Shown: piece by piece, positions 30,908-40,234 of the stretch
How positions within the stretch are numbered: position 1 is the stretch's first letter
Layout: every line of letters starts with the position of its first letter
NCBI GenBank assembly: GCA_963769935.1
Contig: CAVYNY010000009.1
Coordinates: forward strand, 64,001-128,000
Reading direction: 5' to 3'
DNA length: 64,000 nucleotides
From: an uncultured delta proteobacterium
GTDB lineage: Bacteria; Desulfobacterota; Desulfobacteria; Desulfobacterales; JAFDCJ01
Notes under the pieces: model-generated
Told to the model about the DNA's origin: nothing
The model's database searches: none
Seen by the model: the letters and a program-made list of their open reading frames with translations, nothing else
Position numbers and translations under genes: made by a program

Positions 30908-32536
30908 TTACGGGTGCTCGTCAGCTAAATCAGCAGAGGCAACGATTTCAGCAGGGATGGTGGTGACCGGCAACGTCACGGTAAAGGAGGATCCCGCCCC
31001 TTCCCGGCTGCTGACCCGGATGCGCCCGCCGTGCTTGCCGACGATGCCCTGAGATACGCTCAACCCCAAGCCGGTGCCTTTACCCTTGCCTTTGGTGGTA
31101 AAAAAGGGATCAAAAATAGAGCCCAGGATGTGCCGCGGTATGCCGCTGCCGAAATCGATAATTTTCACCGCCAGGTAATGAGGGTCATCCGCCGGCACAA
31201 TGATGACCTGAATCTTGCTTCCTTTGGGCGAAGCATCTATGGCGTTTAACATCAGATTGAGAAAGACCTGTTCGAGCTGCTGGCTGTCGCCGTGCACCCG
31301 GGGCAGGTTGTCGGCGGTCTGAAATTCGATTTTAATGCCCGAAAGCTTGATCTGGTTGGAAGCCAGGTTGATGGTTTCCTCGAGCAGATGCACCAGGTCC
31401 AGCGGTTCAAGCTGGGAGCCGCTTTCCCGCGCAAAATCCAGCAGGTTGCTGATAATTTTTTTGGAGCGGCCGGCTTCATTGACCACATCACCGATCATTT
31501 CTTTGCGCTCCGCATCACTCAGGGTGTCATAGTCTTCCAGCAGCATGTCGGCCGTAAGGGTAATGTTGTTCAGCGGATTATTCAGTTCGTGGGCCACCCC
31601 GGCCGTAAGGGTACCCACCGCCCGCATTTTGTGGGACTGGATGAGCACGACCTCGCGGTTTTCCAGATCCTGGATCATGCGGTTGAACGCCAGAGCCAGT
31701 TCGGTGAACTCATCCCGGTAGGCACGGGCCGGCATGATGGGCGTATAATCCCCCGAAGCGATGCGCCGGGCGTACGTTGAAAAGCGCTTGATGGATCGGA
31801 GGAGGCGCGTACCCAGGAAAAAGGCGTAGATTCCTAAAAAGATCAGCAAAATGATCAGCGAGTAGATAGTGATATAGCGCGAACGGGCGATGACGTCGGT
31901 CAGGGATTTCTTCTCCCGCCGCATCATACCCTGAGCGTAGGAAAGCAGCTGGTGGCCGTATTTTCGCAGTTCCGGTTCGATTTCATTTTTTTCCCGCTGA
32001 TATTCGGCGTCCTTTATCCCCCTCTTCTCAAGTTTCTCCAGCCGTTGCAGCAAGGCCTCATATTCTTTGATATTCTGCAGAACCTCCGCCTGTCCGCTTT
32101 TACCCAGGAGCTTGCCGATTTCTTCTGAGTTGCGGTTCAGCAAATCATTGGCCCGAAAGGCGTTTTCCAGCGCATCGTTTAAATTGGTGCCGTAAAGAAA
32201 ATAATTTTTTTCGAAAAGACGGGTCTGATCCATCTCCGCGGCGTATTCATTGACGATTTCAAGCCATTGCAGACGGTTTTCCACGGAATACATGTTGAGC
32301 ACCAACGCTACCGAGATGGCCAGCACAAATAAAAAAATCAATAAAAATCCCAGATTGATTTGCAGATGCAAACTGATGCGGGGCCGTGCCAGCAGCGCGC
32401 GATGGGCCGCTTCTACAGCTTTGATGCGTTCATAGCGCCCCTCCAATTTGCTGCTGGAATCGGCTGCCTCTTCATCATCGGCCGTTGTCCGGCCCGCGGC
32501 GGCTTCATCGGCTGGATTATTCCGCGTTTGATTCAT
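30908..32536 (-). CDS. HAMP sensor histidine kinase (NtrB-like)
   Basis: Two TM segments; FEKNYFLY; AGVAHELNNPL; DPFFTTK; GTGLGL. Confidence 0.95.
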   Translation of the reverse strand: MNQTRNNPADEAAAGRTTADDEEAADSSSKLEGRYERIKAVEAAHRALLARPRISLHLQINLGFLLIFLFVLAISVALVLNMYSVENRLQWLEIVNEYAAEMDQTRLFEKNYFLYGTNLNDALENAFRANDLLNRNSEEIGKLLGKSGQAEVLQNIKEYEALLQRLEKLEKRGIKDAEYQREKNEIEPELRKYGHQLLSYAQGMMRREKKSLTDVIARSRYITIYSLIILLIFLGIYAFFLGTRLLRSIKRFSTYARRIASGDYTPIMPARAYRDEFTELALAFNRMIQDLENREVVLIQSHKMRAVGTLTAGVAHELNNPLNNITLTADMLLEDYDTLSDAERKEMIGDVVNEAGRSKKIISNLLDFARESGSQLEPLDLVHLLEETINLASNQIKLSGIKIEFQTADNLPRVHGDSQQLEQVFLNLMLNAIDASPKGSKIQVIIVPADDPHYLAVKIIDFGSGIPRHILGSIFDPFFTTKGKGKGTGLGLSVSQGIVGKHGGRIRVSSREGAGSSFTVTLPVTTIPAEIVASADLADEHP

Positions 32537-32939
32537 GGCCGGCTCCGGTATTAAAATCGACGGCAAGACCCAGCGCCTCAGCCGCCCTGGCAACGACTCT
32601 TCTCAAATCATCGGGTTTAAAAGGTTTGGCGATAAAATCAAAGGCGCCCTTTTCCATGGCTTTTTCGGCCAGGGACATCATGGCGTAGCCGGTGATCATG
32701 ATTACCCGCGTGCGCGGCGATTTTCGCTGGACGTGCTCCAAAATTTCAATTCCATCCACTTCATCCATGCGGATATCCGTAATCACAATATCGAAATCTA
32801 TTTGATCAATGCGCTCGAGTGCCTTGCGTGAGTCTTCAAAGACCTCGACTTCGCATCCAATCTTGGTCAGGGCCGGTTTTAGCCGTTTGCCCACGATGGG
32901 TTCATCATCGAGCAGCATAACCTTCAAAGGCTCGGACAT
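32517..32939 (-). CDS. single-domain response regulator
   Basis: LDDE, TDIRM, ITGY and AKPF motifs. Confidence 0.93.
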   Translation of the reverse strand: MSEPLKVMLLDDEPIVGKRLKPALTKIGCEVEVFEDSRKALERIDQIDFDIVITDIRMDEVDGIEILEHVQRKSPRTRVIMITGYAMMSLAEKAMEKGAFDFIAKPFKPDDLRRVVARAAEALGLAVDFNTGAGHESNAE

Positions 32940-32956
32940 ATTTACCCCCTCAATAT

Positions 32957-33361
32957 TCAAACCGCATTGCCGGACGGTAGATTTTGATCCGAGGCCTTCA
33001 AGGCCTCGACGGCTTTGTCGATGGCCTGCCGCATCTCTCTGAGCTTAAAGGGTTTGGCAATGAAATCAAAGGCCCCCTTGGTCAATGATTCACGGGCCAC
33101 TTCCAGGGTGGCATAGCCGGTAATCATAATGACTTTTGTCCGATCGTTTTTTTTGCGGACCAATTCAAGAATTTCAATGCCGTCCATATCATCCATGCGA
33201 ATGTCGGTGACCACAATATCAAAGGTCTTGTCTTCAAGCCGGGCCACTGCCTCAATAGGATCGACAAATGCCTCCGCGCGGTGACCTTCTTTTTCCAATG
33301 CGGCTTTTAACCGCTGGCCCACAATGGGCTCATCGTCCAAGATTAGAATTTCCAGTGGCAT
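32957..33361 (-). CDS. single-domain response regulator
   Basis: LDDE, TDIRM, ITGY and AKPF; paralog of the neighbouring gene. Confidence 0.93.
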   Translation of the reverse strand: MPLEILILDDEPIVGQRLKAALEKEGHRAEAFVDPIEAVARLEDKTFDIVVTDIRMDDMDGIEILELVRKKNDRTKVIMITGYATLEVARESLTKGAFDFIAKPFKLREMRQAIDKAVEALKASDQNLPSGNAV

Positions 33362-33411
33362 CTTAGCCTCCTTTTGCGGGTGTTCGCATGAACCCGTCAA
33401 CGGTTAAATCC

Positions 33412-34516
33412 TCAGACCGGAAGAATTGAGGTCTCTTTGACCACTCGCAGGGTTTTTTGAAGTCCGCTTCTCTGCCGGTGGGCTCGAATAACTTGATAGA
33501 GGATCAGCAGGGTGCCGGTGATCCCGCTGGCAAATAGAAAAAATTTACTGGTCAGATTGAAATATTTATCCCAGTCCGGATTAATTGAGAGAAAACCCAG
33601 CTGCCGCAAATACATGGGAATGGCAATGCCCCGGCTGAGAACACATAGCAGAATGATCACGCTGGTCGCAAGGCGGATGTATCTCTCGTTGACCACCTTG
33701 ACCCCATAAACCCCCAAATAGATTCCCAGCAAAGAGCCCAGGTATAAGAGCATGGTCATGCGGATATCCACAAATCCCTGAAAAGCATAGCTCAGGGCCC
33801 CATAGGCCCCCATGAACATGGCCAGATAAAGTTCAGTGCCGGCCGCAACCGCCGTGGGTACTCCGAAGACATAGATCATGGAGGGAACTCCGATGAATCC
33901 GCCCACCCCGATGGTGCCGGCCAGGTACCCGGTGGCTATCCCCACCGGCAGCAAAATCCAGACACTGACCTTGGTGTCGGCGACTTTAAAATGAATCATG
34001 GGCGGAAGGTTCAGACGGGCCAGGAAATCGGCGATTTTTCTGGAAGGTCCGGCCCCCTCTTCACCCTTCTCCCGGCTGGCGAAGAACATCCCGCAGCATG
34101 GACAGCGCCACCGCCAGCAAAATAAAAACAAATACCAGGCTGATGTAGAGATCGGCGCCGGCGCCCTGGGCCGCCCCGTGCCCGCCGCCGCCCTTGAATA
34201 GAAAACTGTTGATCCAGACCGCCAGCTGAATGCCCGCAATAGCGGTTACCAGCACGCAGGCGGCCAGTCGCTTGTCCACATTGCCGGCCTCGCCGTGCTT
34301 GCGGGAGCCGACCATGGCTTTGCCGAATTTATGAGTGATATTGCTGGCCACGGCCACGACCCCCTCAACGCCCAGGTTCATCATTCCCGGGGTCATAAAA
34401 AAAGCCCCGCCGCTGCCGATAAATCCGCTTAACACCCCGCCGATGAACCCTAAGAGTACTACCTGCAGCGCGATGGCACCGTCGATGTGAATAAAGTGAA
34501 CGAGAAATTCGTGCAT
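33412..34516 (-). pseudogene. TauE/SafE (TSUP) family sulfite-exporter-like membrane protein with one frameshift near 34075
   Basis: GFIGSGGAFFMTP..GNVD in ORF 34061-34516; IGVGGFIGVP..AAGTEL..GFVD in ORF 33412-34239. Removing one base joins them (~367 aa). Confidence 0.8.
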
Positions 34517-34532
34517 GCTCTCCTCCTAACAA

Positions 34533-36053
34533 TTAGTCGATATCAATCAGTTTAAGGACCAGGCCGGTGACCGTGCCGTAAGCGTAGGCCACTAGGGGAA
34601 CAAACAACACTACCAAGATGGAAGCCAGCCATTTCCATTTGGCGTGCATCTCGCCGCCCATAAAATTTAAAATCGGGTCCTGGAAATAGAACACCAGGAA
34701 ATAAAGGCAAGCCACCGCCGCCCCATAGAGCACGGCCTTCAGGGCCTGTTTTTTCCCGAAAAGAAAGCGTGATTCCAGCTCATCAACCGTAATGACGGCT
34801 GCCTTGAGTCTTTCGCGCAGGGTCAGTCCCATCTCCCGGGTCTGGCGTTTGCGGGTTTCGGGCCCTTTATCCAGGAACAGATCTCCGAGCACCACCAGGG
34901 AGTATTGACTGTTTTCTTTCACCGCCTCGATGACTTCACCGGCGCCGCCGTATACCGTAAAACCTCCGGCCGACCGGCCGATGGCCACCAGTTCTTCCTG
35001 GGTCTGCGCCAGTCCGCCGACGTCCGCCGGAGCTTCGGTCTCATCATCTTCAACGCCGCCGGTATAGACTTGCTCCGTTGGTTTTGACGATCGGGACTGA
35101 TCCTGGGTCTGGTTATCTGTCGGGGACGCCTGGACGTCGCTTTTATGTGGTACCAGGCGCAGCAATTCCACCGCCGCCCCCCAGCGCTGCGCCAGTCGGG
35201 TGATCTGCCTAAAGCTTTCGGCTTTGGGATCAAAGGCCTGCTGGATCCAGAGAATGTTGGTTTCCGCCATCGTGCACCGGTTTTCCCGGCAGCCCTCCAG
35301 ATCCTGTAGTACGTCCGAAATCGACTGAGCCGCTTTTTCCTGGCGCGGCATGTAGGTTACGGTAACTACCCCCCCAACGGCCCGCACCCCCAGATCAAGT
35401 GAGCGGGTATGCTCATCCTCGGAGAGGCGCAGCTTGGCCCGGGCGGCCAGGTACAGGTCATCCAGGCGTTTGGTGCTCATCGGCGTCGGCCGGAAGTCGG
35501 GCAGTCCGGCGCTCTCGCACAACAGCATGCAAGCGTTGGCCAGACTCATATTTTGCAGATTAAAAAAAATGTCATACTGCCCGGGGTCTTTCGCATCCTG
35601 CCGATGCACAAAATGAATCCATTTTTCAATATCCCCATCCAGATGGTCGATATATTCCGCAGCCTTTTCCGGCGACAGGTGCAGCGTCCGCACAACATTG
35701 TCGATACGAGTCAGCCGGGGAACCGCCAATCCGACCCGCAGCCGGTGAGATACCCCCGGCAAAAGCAGATGACCGGCCCGGCCGAAATAAATCAGGTTGC
35801 CTTCCCTCGCATTTTCGTAAAGCTTGGCGGTCACAAAGGCCAGGTAAAGATCCTTTTCCCGGGCCAGCTTTTCCGGGATGATCGGCGATTTAACGATGGA
35901 AGTCTCCAGCCGGCTCAACCTGATCCCCTGATCGTGGGCCTGTTCGACCAGTTGTTGGCGGCTGAACAGCGGCCAGCCGGTTTTGCGCTCCAGTTCCCGG
36001 GCCAGCTCCTCGCCGGAACCGTTAGGAGAGCTGGAAATTAACACAATCGGCAT
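34533..36053 (-). CDS. cytidylate-kinase-like family protein with BON-like and Usp-like regions and two C-terminal TM helices
   Basis: Degenerate P-loop ISSSPNGSGEELA; IYFGRAGH; YDIFFN; hydrophobic C-terminus. Confidence 0.8.
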   Translation of the reverse strand: MPIVLISSSPNGSGEELARELERKTGWPLFSRQQLVEQAHDQGIRLSRLETSIVKSPIIPEKLAREKDLYLAFVTAKLYENAREGNLIYFGRAGHLLLPGVSHRLRVGLAVPRLTRIDNVVRTLHLSPEKAAEYIDHLDGDIEKWIHFVHRQDAKDPGQYDIFFNLQNMSLANACMLLCESAGLPDFRPTPMSTKRLDDLYLAARAKLRLSEDEHTRSLDLGVRAVGGVVTVTYMPRQEKAAQSISDVLQDLEGCRENRCTMAETNILWIQQAFDPKAESFRQITRLAQRWGAAVELLRLVPHKSDVQASPTDNQTQDQSRSSKPTEQVYTGGVEDDETEAPADVGGLAQTQEELVAIGRSAGGFTVYGGAGEVIEAVKENSQYSLVVLGDLFLDKGPETRKRQTREMGLTLRERLKAAVITVDELESRFLFGKKQALKAVLYGAAVACLYFLVFYFQDPILNFMGGEMHAKWKWLASILVVLFVPLVAYAYGTVTGLVLKLIDID

Positions 36054-36111
36054 GTTTCACCCCCCTCTTCCCTTTTGTAGGTCGTCGGTTAAAATATCGT
36101 TGAATGGTTAA

Positions 36112-36513
36112 TTAATCTGAATTGTCTTTTCCTTTTACCTGAATAATCTGGGTCGACATCTGCGGTTTGATTCGCTGCAGGATGTCTTTTATAGGGCCTT
36201 TTTCGGCACTGACGACGATCAGATCGATGTGTTCGCTTTCTACCAGGCTGATGACTTCCTCCTCAAAACCGTCTTCTTCGATGTGATAGGAGACTTGCAG
36301 GCCTTCCTCACAGGCACCGTGGATGACGTCCATCAGATCCTCTTCCACCCAGCTGTCGACCTGTTGAGGATTTCCAGGCAGCCTGGAAAGAAGAATAAAA
36401 ACTTTGGCCTGAATCCTCTCCGCCAGGGCCAAAGCGTGGTAAAGCGCCTTGAGATCCTTGTTTTCCGGATCTATGGGGACTAAAATTTTTTTTCGGGTCA
36501 CCGCTATCCACAC
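36112..36513 (-). CDS. Usp-like protein
   Basis: KKILVPID..AL.HALALAE; G.EEEVI..IDLIVV. Confidence 0.75.
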   Translation of the reverse strand: MWIAVTRKKILVPIDPENKDLKALYHALALAERIQAKVFILLSRLPGNPQQVDSWVEEDLMDVIHGACEEGLQVSYHIEEDGFEEEVISLVESEHIDLIVVSAEKGPIKDILQRIKPQMSTQIIQVKGKDNSD

Positions 36514-36555
36514 CGCCTTTGGAAATTTCAGATGTTATTTTCTCTATACCCGTTA

Positions 36556-36571
36556 ATCAAAATTTGTGCCA
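36556..36571 (-). promoter_or_regulatory. putative sigma54 promoter (variant -12)
   Basis: TGGCACAAATTTTGAT on the minus strand (GA in place of GC). Confidence 0.6.
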
Positions 36572-36638
36572 AAATAAATATCATGTGTAATTTTAAGTAG
36601 TTATGAATCGAATGCCTGGAATCTGTGCCGGCATATTT

Positions 36639-36733
36639 GTTTCACTTTGGAACGAATCTAATGCGGGATAAATTGCTGCGCCAAATTTAATGTATAAAAC
36701 TAATTGCTTAAGGATTTTGTTTCACATTGAAAC
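36639..36733. promoter_or_regulatory. two palindromic enhancer sites
   Basis: GTTTCACTTTGGAAC (36639-36653) and perfect GTTTCA-CAT-TGAAAC (36719-36733). Confidence 0.65.
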
Positions 36734-36885
36734 TTTCAGGCTCACAGGAAACGGTGCCCAACAAGAGGAAGTACGGCTGGAGCTTAGGCCAATATATTAT
36801 CTATCGTATTGTTTTCTTTATATCTATTTTCCGGCATGGCATTTTTTTGTCATTTGACTATTCGGGTTTTTTCGAAGGACCGGGA

Positions 36886-38259
36886 TCAGTCAAGACCCAA
36901 TCGTTTCATTTTGCGCCACAGTGTGGTACGGGGAATCTGGAGAATCTCGGCGGCGGCAGCTTTGCGGCTGCCGGTTTTAATCAAAACCCGTTGGATATAT
37001 TCCTTTTCCTTTTCCTCCAGCGAAGGCCAGTCGTTGGATTCCAGACTGCTGATGGAAAGCTGCTGCAAGTCGCCGGGAAGGTCCTGCGGGCCGAGGGTGA
37101 CCCTGTCCGTCAGGGCGACGGCGCGTTCGATGATGTTTTCAAGCTCCCGCACATTGCCCGGAAACGGATATTGCAGCAGGATTTCCAACGCCTCCGGCTC
37201 CAGCACGGATACCGCTTTGCCGAACTGCCGGCTGTACTTTTTTAAAAAATGGCGGATCAGCAGCGGTATGTCGTCCTTTCGGGCCCGCAGCGGCGGCAGG
37301 TCGATCAAAACCACATTGAGGCGATAGTAAAGATCTTCGCGAAACTGCTTTTTATCCACCGCCGCCTTAAGATCCCGGTTGCCGGCGGCAATCAGACGCA
37401 CGTCCACCGGAATCGGTTTGATGCCGCCCACCCGGATCAGGCTGCGCTCCTGAACAAAGCGCAGCAATTTGACCTGCATACTGTGAGGCATGGCGCCGAT
37501 TTCGTCTAAAAAAATTGTTCCCTGATGGGCGGCTTCCAGCAGGCCGATCTTGGTGTCAAATGCTCCCGTAAAAGCCCCTTTCTCATGGCCGAAAAGCTCA
37601 TTGGCGATCAGCTCTTCGGTAAATCCGCCGCAATTAAAGCAAATAAAGGGATGCTCCCGGCGCTCGCCGAGAAAATGCAGCGCACGGGCAACCAGCTCCT
37701 TGCCGGTGCCGCTTTCCCCCAGGATGAGGACATTGCAGTTCAGGGAACACACTTTCTTGACCAGACCAAGAACCTGCTGGATTGCGGGGCTGTGACCGAT
37801 CAGATACTGCTGGCGGGACTGGGAAAAAAGAGCTTTTTTCAATTGTTCCTTTTCCCGGATCAATTTAACCTTTTCCAGGGCACGTTCAGCCAAGGATCGC
37901 AGCTCGGCTATATTGAGCGGTTTGGCGAGATAGTGAAAGGCCCCGGCCCGGATGGCATCAACGGCCGTATCCACCGAACCGTAGCCTGTTACGACGATGA
38001 CCTCGGTCCGGGGATGCCGGTTTTTAATTTCTTTCAATACATCCAGTCCGCTGATGGCCGGCAGCCTGAGGTCGCAGATAACAAGGTCGAAGAGAACCTC
38101 CTGCATTCTATTGAGAAAGGATTCTCCATCGCCGAAGGTTTCAATTTCGTAACAATTTTGCGCCAGACCCCGCTGGATTGCGCGGCAGGCTATCGACTCA
38201 TCATCGATGACCGCCAGCCGCAGCCGTTCACTTTGATCTTCTGGTTTCATGACATTCAT
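36886..38259 (-). CDS. sigma54-dependent response regulator (NtrC/ZraR family)
   Basis: REC; GESGTGKE; GAFTGA; FPGNVREL; HTH. Confidence 0.96.
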   Translation of the reverse strand: MNVMKPEDQSERLRLAVIDDESIACRAIQRGLAQNCYEIETFGDGESFLNRMQEVLFDLVICDLRLPAISGLDVLKEIKNRHPRTEVIVVTGYGSVDTAVDAIRAGAFHYLAKPLNIAELRSLAERALEKVKLIREKEQLKKALFSQSRQQYLIGHSPAIQQVLGLVKKVCSLNCNVLILGESGTGKELVARALHFLGERREHPFICFNCGGFTEELIANELFGHEKGAFTGAFDTKIGLLEAAHQGTIFLDEIGAMPHSMQVKLLRFVQERSLIRVGGIKPIPVDVRLIAAGNRDLKAAVDKKQFREDLYYRLNVVLIDLPPLRARKDDIPLLIRHFLKKYSRQFGKAVSVLEPEALEILLQYPFPGNVRELENIIERAVALTDRVTLGPQDLPGDLQQLSISSLESNDWPSLEEKEKEYIQRVLIKTGSRKAAAAEILQIPRTTLWRKMKRLGLD

Positions 38260-38326
38260 TGACGGCGAAGCCTATTATCTGTGACCTGGCTCACAGGACC
38301 AGATTTTCAATGTTGGAACAAACACT

Positions 38327-38429
38327 TGTTGCATATTGCAACACAACCAGTGATTTTGTTACATACCATAACCGGCCAAAATTTCATAGTTTATTTTGAT
38401 TCCAGGTTTAAGTATTGCATATTGCAACA
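38327..38429. promoter_or_regulatory. two palindromic enhancer sites
   Basis: TGTTGCA-TAT-TGCAACA (38327-38343) and TATTGCA-TAT-TGCAACA (38413-38429). Confidence 0.7.
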
Positions 38430-38506
38430 CCTTAGTTTTGTTTGGATGCCAGCCTGTTTGATTTAAACCTCAATTATTTCAAATTGTTATAGACAATCAT
38501 GACCGA

Positions 38507-38522
38507 TGGCACGACCCTTGCT
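38507..38522 (+). promoter_or_regulatory. sigma54 -24/-12 promoter
   Basis: TGGCACGACCCTTGCT, a consensus match. Confidence 0.88.
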
Positions 38523-38560
38523 TTTAAAAAGAGCAAAACCATATTGCAGGAGGCAATAAA

Positions 38561-38743
38561 ATGTTCAACCTAAAAAATATAGTTTATAAATTCGAGAAGC
38601 TGATGACGGCCGTTACATTTGCCGAAGCAGGGCAAAAAGACACGGCTCTGGAAATAATGAATGAGAAGCCGGTCAACAGAAGCAAACGCCGATCTGAAAA
38701 AGCAACAAACCGCATCGATCAGCGCCCGGTTCTCAGGGCCTAA
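38561..38743 (+). CDS. 60-aa protein carrying the AVTFAEAGQ motif
   Basis: AGGAGG RBS; first ORF after the sigma54 promoter; motif shared with the next two genes. Confidence 0.85.
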   Translation: MFNLKNIVYKFEKLMTAVTFAEAGQKDTALEIMNEKPVNRSKRRSEKATNRIDQRPVLRA

Positions 38744-38774
38744 ATATGGATCCATCTCATAGCGGGTTATAACC

Positions 38775-39305
38775 ATGAAAAAAATTCTCCTGGCCATTGA
38801 GGGGGTCGCACCCGACAGCAGCACATTCAACTATGCGGTTGCCCTTTGCAAGCGAATGCGCGCCGGCCTGGAAATCCTTCAAATTCTCAGTCCGCGCACT
38901 TACAAAAGTTATTTGAAAAAAGTAAGGCAAGGCGCCCGGCATGCCACAAGTGTGTTCGAAGACGCCATGGTTGCCGTTACCTTCGCCGAGGCCGGACAGC
39001 ATGATTTTGTCGAGCAGATGCGAAAACAGGCTCGCGACAATTTAGATCATTTGATCCCGGAGCCGGAAAGAGACGGCCTGGAATATCACCTGACGCTGAA
39101 ACCCGGAAATGCGGCCGATGAAATCGTTCGCTACGTCTGCGACCATCGGGACGTGGTCCTGACCATATATGATGCCGCGCACGGCAAAGATGAGCAGGAA
39201 TGTCGGCTTGATAAGAAAAGAAATAAAATCCCGGCCATCGCACAAAAACTTCCTACCCCCCTGGTTTTGAGAAGAGGGTGCGAACCGACGGGACTGCAGC
39301 CTTAA
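38775..39305 (+). CDS. Usp-like protein with internal AVTFAEAGQ motif
   Basis: MKKILLAI..YAV.LC; GNAADEIVRY; PTPLVL. Confidence 0.85.
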   Translation: MKKILLAIEGVAPDSSTFNYAVALCKRMRAGLEILQILSPRTYKSYLKKVRQGARHATSVFEDAMVAVTFAEAGQHDFVEQMRKQARDNLDHLIPEPERDGLEYHLTLKPGNAADEIVRYVCDHRDVVLTIYDAAHGKDEQECRLDKKRNKIPAIAQKLPTPLVLRRGCEPTGLQP

Positions 39306-39323
39306 CAAGGAGGGCCTTATTAA

Positions 39324-39881
39324 ATGGCAGGAATTATGAACAAATTAGTAAGCAGGGTGCAAAAGATCACAGGGAGAATGGACCGCTACCAGGAGGCGAT
39401 TACGTTTGCCGAGGCAGGTCAAGCTCACCATGCTCAGCAGGTGGTTCAGGAGAAAGAATCCCCCTCAAGTGCGGGAAAGCTGCTGGTGGTCGGCCGCGAG
39501 AGCAACTTCAACAGGGAAGTGATTGATTATGCTCTGGATATGGCCCAGAGACTTTCCTACGAAATTTTGGCGTTGAATACGGCGCCGCTGACTTGCGAAA
39601 CTTTTAGTCTGTTGCCGACGGAACGCAGCAAGGTCTGTCAGGAATTCAGAACCCTGACCGAGAAGAATATCAAACATTTTCAACAGGAGGCGCAAAAAAG
39701 GTCGATTCCCTTTAAGCATGTGATCAAGTTCAGCGAAAAAGATCAGGCGCTGGCCGAAATCACCCGGGAATTCGGCGACATCGAGTTTGTAGTATCGGAT
39801 ACCGAAGGAGACCGGTCGGTTGCAAGGGTTTCCCAAGGTGAAAGACCCAAACAGGAAATCTACGTCTATTCCATAGTATAA
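39324..39881 (+). CDS. Usp-like protein with N-terminal AITFAEAGQ motif
   Basis: AAGGAG RBS; KLLVVG..VIDYALDMA..YEILALN. Confidence 0.85.
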   Translation: MAGIMNKLVSRVQKITGRMDRYQEAITFAEAGQAHHAQQVVQEKESPSSAGKLLVVGRESNFNREVIDYALDMAQRLSYEILALNTAPLTCETFSLLPTERSKVCQEFRTLTEKNIKHFQQEAQKRSIPFKHVIKFSEKDQALAEITREFGDIEFVVSDTEGDRSVARVSQGERPKQEIYVYSIV

Positions 39882-39910
39882 TTCATAAAGCGTGCAAATA
39901 TTGAAATAAT

Positions 39911-39968
39911 CAGAACATCCGGCTGTCACGGATCAGACGGCAGCGGGATGTTCTGTTTTTATTATTTT
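39911..39968 (+). terminator. putative intrinsic terminator or attenuator
   Basis: CAGAACATCC.GCTGTC / GACGGCAGC.GGATGTTCTG stem followed by TTTTT. Confidence 0.65.
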
Positions 39969-40074
39969 GACTTTTCAGCTTTAATTTTTTATTGAGAGCG
40001 CTGCAGGCTGCCCCCTGCCTGAAGCACCGGTGATTGTAAAATAAAAGCCTATCCAAGGCAGGAGGATAAAAGCA

Positions 40075-40164
40075 ATGGATGCCCATTTTTATTATGCCCT
40101 GGCACTCATTTTATTTGTTTTTTTGCTGTGTTTTCGGTTCAGAAAAGAAAACCGCAAAAAGTAA
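40075..40164 (+). CDS. putative 29-aa single-pass membrane peptide
   Basis: AGGAGG RBS; MDAHFYYALALILFVFLLCFRFRKENRKK. Confidence 0.55.
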   Translation: MDAHFYYALALILFVFLLCFRFRKENRKK

Positions 40165-40234
40165 TGACCGGCCGCCGGGATCGCCGGCCGCCAACGGCAA
40201 CCGATATGACGATGGAGACAAGACCTGAGGAGCA

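Noticed and set aside
34061..34063. TGA as selenocysteine or readthrough in TauE
   Set aside because: The downstream homologous sequence is in a different frame, so this is a frameshift.
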